64,000 nucleotides of DNA, from contig CM075994.1 in assembly GCA_038087875.1 (NCBI GenBank), positions 2,110,001 to 2,174,000 on the forward strand. The letters are read 5' to 3'. Both the position numbers and the translations under genes were made by a program. Positions 41,000-51,257 of the stretch are shown here, one piece after another. Below the pieces are notes generated by a model. It saw nothing but the letters and a program-made list of their open reading frames with translations, did no database searches and was not told where the DNA came from. The first letter of the stretch is position 1; the number at the start of each line of letters is the position of its first letter. This DNA is from Malacoraja senta. Lineage: Eukaryota.

Positions 41000-43900
41000 C
41001 CTTCCAAGGGGTTCTTCCAAAGATTCCAAGGGGAGTAAGGGGCGACCGTGGCTGACAAGGGTCGTCAGGGACAGTATAAAAATAAAAGAGAAGTACAATG
41101 TAGCAAAGATGAGCGGGAAGCAAGGGGATTGGGTAATGTTTAAAGAGCAACAGAAGGCTAACTGAAAAGACAATATGGGGAGAAAAGATGAGGTATGAAG
41201 GTAAGCTAGCCAAGAATATAAAGAAGGATAGTAAAAGCCTCTTTAGGTATGTGAAGAGGAAAAAAATAGTTAAAACCAAAATTGGACCCTTGAAGACCGA
41301 AAAAGGTGAATTTATTATGGGGAACAAGGAAATGGCATTTGAGTTGAACAGGTACTTTGTTCCGTCTTCACTAAGGAGGACACAAACAATCTTCCTGATA
41401 TAGTAGTGGCCAGAGGATCTGGGGTGACGGAGGAACTGAAGGAAATCCACATTAGGCAGGAAATGGTGTTGGGTAGACTGATGGGACTGAAGGCTGATAA
41501 ATCACCAGGGCCTGATGGTCTGCATCCCAGGGTACTTAATGAAGTGGTTCTAGAAATCGTGGATGCATTGGTGATAATTTTCCAATGTTCTATAGACTCA
41601 GGATCAGTTCCTGTGGATTGGAGGGTAGCTAAAGTTATCCCACTTTTTAAGAAACGCGGGAGAGAGAAAACTGAATTATAGACCAGTTAGCCTGACATCG
41701 GTGGTGGGGAAGATGCTGGAGTCAATTATAATAGATGAAATAGCCGCACATTTGGATAGCAGTAACAGGATCAGTCCGAGTCAGCATGGATTTACGAAGG
41801 GGAAATCATGCTTGACTAATCTTCTGGAATTTTTTGAGGATGTAACTAGGAAAATGGACGAGGGAGAGCCAGTGGATGTAGTGCACCTGGACTTTTAGAA
41901 AGCATTTGATAAGGTCCCATATGTAGATGACAGGTGCATGTACCTTTAACATAGTGACCTCACCACCACTAACCACTCCCCACATCACTAGTATAATTAC
42001 AACCTTCCCACCCAGTGCTCTCTCTCTGGTTCCGGTGACAGACCACGAACAGCTAGGGCAGTAAAGTATGTGTATCATGAATAAACAGTAGTAAAGACAC
42101 AGTGTGTTATGACTCCTCTTTACATGGTGTCAGTGTCGTACCTTTGCGCCTCCAGTTTACCGGGTTTTCTTTCCTTTGACCCGTTTCCCCATTGTGTTTT
42201 TTAATCTCCCGTGCCATGGCTACTTCTTGCCGTAAACCCGATATGCTGGTCTTCGACTCGGACATTGCCCATCGGTGGGGTGTCTTTAGACGTGACTTCC
42301 AACACTACGTCACGATCGCCCATCGTGCTGCCACCCCTGCTACACGGGCTTCTCTGCTTCTCAACCTGGCTGGTCCCGATGCCCTAGAACGGGCTGAGTC
42401 GTTTGTCTATGGTGCAAGTGAAGATGCTCGGGACCCGGTATGTCTTATGGCTAAGTTTACCGCAATGTGCGACATCCCCACTAACTGCATTCTAGAGCGG
42501 TTTAAAATGTTCACCCGGCGTCAGATCTCTGGAGAGTCAATCGATAACTATATTGCCGCGTTGCGTCACCTGGCATTGCAGCCTGGACACGCTGACCCCC
42601 GATCAACTGACCTGGGACATTTTAGTGTATGGTCTTCAAGATGAAAAACTAAGGGCTGAACTTCTGCGGAAGCACGACCTGTCTTTAGCCGAGGCTCTGC
42701 ACGCCTCCCGCATGGCTGAGGCTGTCGCCTCGGCGGTGTCGTCTGCTGATCATGACATTAACATTGCCAGTGTTGCTGGCCGCCGGCGGAACGCTGGCCC
42801 GCAACGGCAACGGGAGTCCCCTGCACCCGGGGGTAGCAGCCCACAGCGGTGCCCCAACTGCAACTTTACCTCCCATCAGTCTAATGTGTGCCCTGCACTG
42901 GGGAAAAACGTGCAACATTTGCAGGAAATTGAACCATTTCTCTGCCGCCTGTCGCTCCCGTGGGAAGCCAATTCCTGCTCCTCGCCGAATGTTAAACAAC
43001 CTTGCTCGAGCTGATAGCGTGCTTGGTTCACAGTTCCAGCCTGATGAACTCCCTTTGTCTGATACAAGTTCCTCCCAGGGGGAGACCAGCATATTTTCGG
43101 TGTTGGATGCACCTGCACTGATAACAGACCCTTCGGTTCGCGTTAATGTCAACGTCTCGACCTTCAACGCCAAACTCGGCATGGGGGCCGTGACCAATGT
43201 AATGTCAATAAGCCTCTTCAAGAAGATAAGGACTGATGAGAAAGTTACTCCCGATAACTCCCTGTTGCATGCCTACGGGGGAAGCGTGCTCGTTCCAGTG
43301 GGGAGGGCTACCCTGCACTGCAAGGTACTGCATGCCTCTCGGCCCCTCACTTTTTATCTACTGGATACTAACAACATCACCCTGTTGGGTGCTCGGGCAT
43401 GCCAGGACCTCGGCTTGTTCTCTTTCCACCGTGATATCCACCAGGTGCGGACCCTTATGAACCCCCTGCGCGAATACCCTGACCGTTTTGATGACAAGCT
43501 GGGCAAGCTGCCCTGCAGCTACAAGATCGTTGTCGACTTCGGTGTTGAACCTATGATCCGTCCACCACACCGCGTCTCCTTCGCCATGAAGGACAAGGTG
43601 GAGTTAATGCTGCTCAACATGGTTACCATGGGCATCCTGAAGGAGGTGAGCGAACCCACCCGGTGGGTCTCAACCATAGTTGTTGCTGCGAAAAAGGACA
43701 AAAGTGAAATTCGCATTTGCATCAACCCCAAAGACCTGATGGTGCTTAACGTCAACATTGTGCCTTCCCAGCAGATGCAGTCCCTGGTCAGCAACACTGC
43801 CAAGGATCCTGCCCTGCAGCAGCTTGCCGACGTCATCAGGCAGGGCTGGCCAGACCGTCGTTCATCCTTGCCGCCTGGAGTCGTGCCCAATTCCTGGTCC

Positions 43901-46545
43901 GTGACGAGCTCGTGCTGCACGACGGCGTGGTCGTGAAGGGACACAAGGTCGTCGTGCCTGCTGCCCTGCGGGACCAATACTTTCAGACCGCCAACCCGCG
44001 GTCACCCTGGGGCCGAGGCCACCCTGTCTCAGGCCCAGAGTTTGTTCTACTGGCCCAGCATGGCCCAAGACATCCGGGAGAGGGTCTCCGCTTGCTCTGT
44101 CTGCAATAGCCTCGCTCCCCATCAGCAACGGCAGCCGCTTCTGCAACAGCCTGCCCCCGAGCTGCCCTGGATGACCGTCGCCGCTGACATTTTTGATTGG
44201 CGTGGCAAGCATTTCCTGGTTCTTGTGGACTCGTACTCCAGCTGGTTCGAGGTTGACCAGCTGCACTCCCTCACCTCTTCGGCCGTTATCGGGAGGCTGC
44301 GCCGCCACTTCGGAACCTTTGGCACCCCGGCAAATCTTCAATTGGACAACGGCAGCCAGTTCTCGAGTGTCAAATTTCGGAGTTTCGCTGCCAGCTGGAA
44401 CTTCCGACACTATACCAGCAGCCCGGAGTACCCTCAAAGCAACGGCTTGGCAGAGCGCGCTGTCCGCAGTGCTAAGGACTTGCTGGAACATTGTAGACTG
44501 TCCCATTCTGACTTTTACCTGGCCCTCCTCAACCTTCGAAACATTTGCCGCGACACTGCCTTGGGCTCCCCAGCACAACGGCTGATGTCTCGCACTACGA
44601 GACCTCCGATCCCGGTGACCCAGCGGTCCCTCGTTCCCTCTGTTCTCCAGCCCGCTGCTGTCCAGGAGCTCATTGCCCTCAAACAAGATATCCAAAAGCG
44701 CTCCCACGACAAGTCCTGCCGTCCCCTCCCACCTCTGTTCCCTGGCCAAGTCGTCCGGATGCAGTCCCCCTCCGGTCACCCCAGGCTTGCCATCGTCGTC
44801 GGTACTGCTGGTTCGCCGCGGTCCTATCTAGTCGACCATGACGGTACTATTTACCGCCGGTCCCACCAACATCTGCGGTTTGTTAACGAGCCCCCACCAC
44901 CGCCTGCAGACCCCTTTTCCCCCCCACTGTCTGCCACGTTGCCTGCCCCTCCAGCCTGTCCTCCGTCGCCTGCCCGTCTTCCCGCTACTGCTCCTGCTTC
45001 CCCTGCTCCGTCTCCGTTTTCTCTTTCTCCTCCCGATTCCCCGGTTCTCTCACCCGCGCCTGCTCCTACTCATGTTCCTCCTGCAGATGGGGGAGATGGC
45101 GAGCTGCGTAACCGGTCCGGGCGGGTGGTCAGGCCGCCTGTCCGTTATGGTGATTTTGCTTAACTGTTTGCTCACCTGCTCGTAGCGTATGAGACGTGGT
45201 CGCCCTGTCACTACGGTATTGCTTTTTATTTCCAAGGGGAAGGATGTAGATGACATGTGCATGTACCTTTAACATAGTGACCTCACCACCACTAACCACT
45301 CCCCACATCACTAGTATAATTACAACCTTCCCACCCAGAGCTCTCTCTCTGATTCCGTTGACAGACCACGAACAGCTAGGGCAGTAAAGTATGTGTATCA
45401 TGAATAAACAGTAGTAAAGACACAGTGTGTTATGACTCCTCTTTACACCACATGGGAGATTAGTGGGCAAAATTAGGGCACATGGTATTGGGGGTAGAGT
45501 GCTGACGGATAGAAAATTGGTTGGCAGACAGGAAACAAAGAGTAGAGATTAATAGGTCCCTTTCAGAATGGCAGGCAGTGACAAGTGAGGTACCGCAAGG
45601 CCCAGTGCTGGGACCGCAGCTATTTACAATATACATCAATGATTTGGATGAAGGGATTCAAAGTAACAGCAAATTTGCAGATGACATAAAGCTGGGTGGC
45701 AGTGTGAACTGTGAGGAGGATGCTATGAGATTGCAGGGTGACTTGGACAGGTTGGGGGAGTGGGCAGATGAAGTTTAATGTGAATAAATGTGAGGTTATC
45801 CACTTTGGTATCAAAAACAGGAAGGCAGATTACTATCTAAATGGCGTCAAGTTGGGAAAAGGGGAAGTACAACGTGATCTGGGGGTCCTTGTTCATCTGT
45901 CTATGAAAGTAAACATGCAGGTATAGCAGGCAATGAAGAAAGCGAATGGCATGTTGGCCTTTATAACAAGAGGAGTCGAGTATAGGAGCAAAGAGGTGCT
46001 TCTGCAGTTGTACAGGGCCCTAGTGAGACCACACCTGGTGTATCGTGTGCAGTTTTGGTCCCCTAATTTGAGGAAGGACATTCTTGCTATTGAGGGAGCG
46101 CAGCGTAGGTTTACTAGGTTAATTCACGGGATGGCGGGATTCATATGCTGAGAGAATGGAGCGGCTGGGCTTGTACACTGTGGAGTTTAGAAGGATGAGA
46201 GGGGATCTTATTGAAGCATATAAGATTGTTAAGGGTTTTGACACGCTAGAGGCAGGAAACATGTTCCTGATGTTGGGGGAGTCCAGAACCAGGGGCCACA
46301 GTTTAAGAATAAGGGGTAAGCCATTTAGTACGGAGACGAGGAAACACTTTTTCTCAGAGAGTTGAGTGTGGAATTCTCTGCCTCAGAGGGCGGTGGAGGC
46401 AGGTTCTCTGGATACTTTCAAGAGAGAGCTAGATAGGGCTCTTAGAGTCAGGGGATATGGGGAGAAGGCAGGAACGGGTGATGATCACATTGAACGGTGG
46501 TGCTGGCTCGAAGGGCCGAATGGCCTACTCCTGCACCTATTGTCT
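41000..46545 (+). mobile_element. CR1 LINE ORF2 3' half, split by a Gypsy element
   Basis: [37 protein letters not shown] | PQGPVLGP, FADD; frameshifted. Confidence 0.9.
41922..45447 (+). mobile_element. Ty3/Gypsy LTR retrotransposon, internally deleted; LTRs 41922-42124 and 45245-45447
   Basis: 203-bp TG...CA LTRs with 4 differences; PBS TGGTGTCAG; PPT AAGGGGAAGGA; TSD CCATA/CCACA; gag with CCHC knuckles, degenerate protease, RT start, DDE integrase (ORF 44042-45163). Confidence 0.95.
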
Positions 46546-47375
46546 ATCCCATCCCCCCACTCACAACAAGTGCAGAGTCCCCCTAGTCCTCACCTTTCAT
46601 CCCACCAGCGGTCACATACAAGTGATCCTCCGTCAGTTTCGCCACCTCCAACGTGACCCCACCACTCGCCACATCTTCCCATCTCCCCCCATGTCTGCCT
46701 TCCGCAAAGACCGCTCCCTCCGTAACTCCCTTGTCAATTCTTCCCTTCCCTCCCGTACCACCCCCTCCCCGGGTACTTTCCCTTGCAACTGCAAGAGATG
46801 CAACACTTGTCCCTTCACCTCCCCCCTCGATTCCATTCAAGGACCCAGTCGTTCCAGGTGCGACAGAGGTTCACCTGCATCTCCTCCAACCTCATCTATT
46901 GCATCCGCTGCTCTAGATGTCAGCTGATCTACATCGGTGAGACCAAGCGGAAGCTTGGCGATCGTTTCGCCGAACACCTCCGGTCGGTCCGCAATAACCT
47001 ACCTGACCTCCCGGTGGCTCAGCACCTCAACTCCCATTCCGTATCTGACCTCTCTGTCCTGGGTCTCCTCCATGGCCACAGCGAGCAACACCGGAAATTG
47101 GAGGAAATGCACCTCATATTGGGCAGTCTACACCCTGGGGGCATGAACATTGAATTCTCCCAACTCTGCTAGCCCTTGCTGTCTCCTCCCCTTCATCAGC
47201 CCTCTGGTTGTCTCCTCCCCTCCCCCAGCCCTCGGGCTCCTCCTCCGCCTTTTTTCCTTTCTTCTCCCCACCCCCTATCAGTCTGAAGAAGGGTTTCGGC
47301 CCGAAACGTTGCCTATTTCCTTCGCTCCATAGATGCTGCTGCACCCGCTGAGTTCCTCCAGCATTTTTGTGTACC
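46545..47375 (+). mobile_element. Penelope-like retroelement 3' end, GIY-YIG endonuclease
   Basis: CKRCNTC; FTCISSNLIYCIRCSRCQLIYIGETKRKLGDRFAEH; CTGAAGA-A-GGG..CCC-GAAAC motif at 47283-47310. Confidence 0.88.
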
Positions 47376-47519
47376 TATTGTCTATTATCCTTGTCTTTTG
47401 CGAATAACGCATTAGGAGACTTGATGCACTGCAATTTCACATGGTGTAGATAATTTGCTTTCTTTATTATCGAAATAGACAATTTTACACTTTTCTATGT
47501 GAAACTGCATCACTTAGGC

Positions 47520-47900
47520 CATCTACGTCCCGCTGGTGTCACATGGTGCAAATATCCTGCCATTTTGACCAATCCTGGGCGGGCTCGCCTCTCGGCCCCT
47601 TCCGATTGGCTGGGGGCGGGGCGTCTCGGGTAATGGTGAATGCGGATCAAAATCGGCCGCTCTCCGCGCTTCAAGTATTGGTGAGTGCGGATCACAGTGG
47701 CCGCGGGCGGCGGGTGGGATGCACTGGGACTTCCCTTGGGCGGAGACGCGTACCCCGGTAGCCGCTGTTGTGGTGCCGCCGGTCGGGCCCGGTGCTGCTC
47801 GGCGCCGTCTGCAGCCGCGTCTCGCTGAGGCCACCACTGGGCGTAGCCTGACCGGTCTTTGTGCTGGGGCAACGGGAAAGAAGCCGGAGATGCTTCATCT
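47520..47900 (+). promoter_or_regulatory. GTF2H5: GTF2H5 CpG-island promoter and non-coding exon 1 (donor TTG|GTGAGT after 47680)
   Basis: CpG-rich; YY1-like GCCATTTT 47559-47566, CCAAT 47569-47573, ATTGG 47605-47609, GC box GGGGCGGGGC 47613-47622; consensus donor. Confidence 0.75.
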
Positions 47901-48644
47901 GAACTGTGAACTCCAGACCTCAGTCCGAAGAAGGGTCTCGATCCGAAATGTCACCCATTCCTTCTCACCAGAGATGCTGCCTGTCCCGTTGAGTTACTCT
48001 AGCATTTGTGTCTATGGTGTAAACCAACATCTACAGTTCCTTCCACACATTTCATTTACCTACTTTGAAGAAGTTCTCCTATCTCTGACGAGAATTCGGC
48101 AACACCCTCCATCACGTCGCCTAATCCTTTTCATCAGAGATGCTGCCAAACCCGCTAAATTACTCCAGCATGTTGTGTCTTTTTGTATAACAGGAAAGAG
48201 ATTCTTGGGCAATCAGTCCAATCCCTTCATGATCGCTGGCACTTTCTGAAAACTCTGGCCCTCCGGCGCGCCGACCCGCAATCCCCGCACACTAACTATC
48301 CTAGACCTACACACACAAGGGACAGTTATAGCAAAGCAATTAACCTACAAATCCATTCGTTTTTAGAGCGTGGGAGCAAACCGGAGATCCCGGAGAAAAC
48401 CCACGCAGGTCACAGGGAGAACGTACAAACTCCATACAAACAACACCCGTAGTCAGGATCGAACCCGGGTCACCTGCGCTGTAAGGCTGCAACTCTACCG
48501 CTGTACCACTAGGAGTTGAGAGTAAATTCTAGGTTACTCGACCTCAGGCCTTTCAGCTTGAATGGCACCAGGAGGAACATGTGGAGATAGACAAAAATGC
48601 TGGAGAAACTCAGCGGGTGAGGCAGCACCTATGGAGCGAACGAA

Positions 48645-48758
48645 ATAGGCAACGTTTCGGGCCGAAACCCTTCTTCAGACTCGATAGGCAACGTTTTGGG
48701 CCAAAACCCTTCTTCAGACTCAATAGGCAACGTTTCGGGCCGAAACCCTTCTTCAGAC
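48645..48758 (-). repeat. three tandem 39-bp units of the Penelope-associated hammerhead-like motif
   Basis: ATAGGCAACGTTTCGGGCCGAAACCCTTCTTCAGAC at 48645, 48684 and 48723. Confidence 0.85.
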
Positions 48759-49525
48759 ACTAACACTCCCTATGTGGAGAGTGGTGTGGCGGATGAGGGG
48801 GCAAAGTGCATGAATATATTGTTTGCATCCTGTGGCCCAGTGAGATCAGGTAAGACAACCCAGAGATTTATGGTGGCTGAGTTAAGAGAGGACACCACTC
48901 ACTCCTCCAGGTATGGTGTTCTTTGCATCTTTCTTCCTTTTTGCTCTCTCAAAGGCCCTGCTCCACTCACCTGCCCACCCATCCCACTATAAATAAAGTG
49001 AATAGATTATTTGTGAAACAATGTACAGACACTTATTACATTATGGTATGCGTTTTCAGGCAGAACTTTACAACAAAATATACTTTTTTTTGGCTTTAAC
49101 TTGCGCAATTTTCAACGCATCTGTAATAGCAAGTTAAACTTTTGGTGTAGTTCTGAAGTCATCAATGTTGACCGTATTACATGAATTGCTTATTGTGTAA
49201 TTAGTTTGCATCTTCAGTAGAACATATTATTTTCCAGTACTGATGACTTTGTTTCATCAGTTATTGATTCTGCAAGTCTATCTATGGTTGCTGACTGACT
49301 TGCTGAATGTTTCCACCATTTTCTGTTTTTATCTCAGTTTTCCTGGATGTGTTTTTTTGATATACTTGATTGCAAAATCTAATTGGAATGGTCCTGTGCA
49401 TTGTCTTAATCACTGTATTGATGTAAGAACTAAGTATGTAAATTCTGTTTCTGATCTTCAGTTTAGAAGACTTGCTGGTACATCTATAATCTGATCTTCA
49501 GTCATATTTTCGAGTTTCAATAAAG

Positions 49526-49560
49526 ATGGTTAATGTCTTGAAAGGCGTTCTCGTTGAATG
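49526..49560 (+). CDS. GTF2H5: GTF2H5 (TFIIH p8/TTDA) first coding exon, MVNVLKGVLVEC
   Basis: ATG at 49526, gtaact donor; near-identical to the vertebrate TTDA N-terminus. Confidence 0.97.
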
Positions 49561-51076
49561 GTAACTATAAACCTTTGAATTTTAAAAACACAATTGTATT
49601 TCGTTGTCTTAAGTAAAACGCCTCTTGTAGTGTCAAATTAAGATATAATGTTAACTAATTAATTAGTGTGTGGGAGGAAACCGAAGATCTCGGAGAAAAC
49701 CTACGCATGTCATGGGTAGCACGTACAAACTCCGTACAGACAAGCACTTGTCGTCAGGATCGGACCTGGGGCTCTGGCGCTGTAAAGCAACAAGCCTATC
49801 GCAGCGCCACCATGCCGCCCATCTGTCTTAATCCGTCATAAATGTGTAACAACTTAATTTTAAACATTAACCACCACCCCTTCCCTAGCTCTAGAGTCTT
49901 CCACAAGATCAAAAATCTTAGCCACATCCATTTTGAGAAGATTCCTTGGTATCTTATTTAAATCAAAACCTTGCTCTCCTAAATTCCCATGAATATCAAC
50001 ATTGCATGTTCAACCGTTCTTCATAAAACAACACGTCCTTGTAAATATTCTATGAATTGTTAACAACTCATTAACATCCTTAAATAAGATTGGTGCTCCT
50101 TATATGGGCTCATCAATGTCATCTATATAAACATAGAACACAAAGTACAGCACAAGTACAAGTCCTTCGGCTGAAAATATCTGTGCCAAATATGATGCCA
50201 AAATAACTAATGTGCCTGCCTACACATGGTCCATATTCCTCTATTGCTTGCATATACATATGCCTATCCAAAAGCCTCTTAAATGCCACAATTGTATCTA
50301 CTTCATCCTCCATCTAAAAAAAACCCCTGCTCTGCACATCTCCTTTAAATATCATCCCTCTTATCTTAAAGCTATGCCCTCTAGTCTGGGGAAAAAGGTT
50401 CTGTCTACCCTAATTATACCCCTCATAATTTTATACGTAAGCATAACCTTCCAGATCGGCAATAAACCTTCCTGATCGGCATAACCTTCCTGATTCAGCA
50501 ATAAACCTTGGGCGGCATGGTGGCGCAGCGGTAGTTGCTGCCTTCAAGTGCCAAAGACCCAGGTTTGATCCTGATTACAGGGACTGTCTGTACGGACTGT
50601 TCTCCCCGTGACCTGATGGGTTTTCTCCGGTTTCCCCCCACTCTCCAAAGACGTACAGGTTTGCTGGTTAATTTGTTTGGTATAATTGTAAATTGCCCCA
50701 TGGATAGTGTAAGTGTGTGGGGATCGCTGGTTGGCACGGAATCGGTGGGCCGAAGGGCCTGTTTCTGCGCCGTATCTAAACTACACTAGACTAAATAAAT
50801 ATTTATTTCCTAATTACTCAGTACATGTGTTCTTAACCTTTTGTCAATCTTACAGTAGGACACCAAAATCCCTCTATATTTCAGATCTCTGCAATCTCAC
50901 CATTAAGATCGCACTGTTTCATTTTTCCTACCAAAATGCATATTGTCCCATTTCCTACTTTTATAATCTAATCATATCCCTCCTAGTATCCTCTTCTACA
51001 TGTTTCTACATTTGTTTGTTGCATACTGAATTGATGTGATATTAATATTGATGCAATCATTGTTTTTTGTTTATAG

Positions 51077-51257
51077 TGACCCAGCCATGAAGCAGTTCCT
51101 GTTGTACTTGGATGATACAAATGCTTTGGGGAAAAAATTTATAATACAGGACCTTGATGAAACTCATTTATTTGTCTTGGCTGAGGTGGTCCATGTCTTA
51201 CAAGAAAAAGTTGGAGACTTAATGGATCAGAATTCATTTCCATTGACGCAGAAGTAA
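51077..51257 (+). CDS. GTF2H5: GTF2H5 second coding exon, [63 protein letters not shown] (71 aa total)
   Basis: ttatag acceptor, TAA; 35+181=216 nt. Confidence 0.98.

Noticed and set aside
48645..48758. CRISPR-like repeat with internal hairpin
   Set aside because: Units are contiguous with no unique spacers, the context is eukaryotic, and the motif belongs to a Penelope-derived repeat.
50441..50509. ~19-20 bp tandem repeat (ATAACCTTCCTGATCGGCA) x3-4
   Set aside because: Small slippage duplication at a SINE junction; nothing suggests function.
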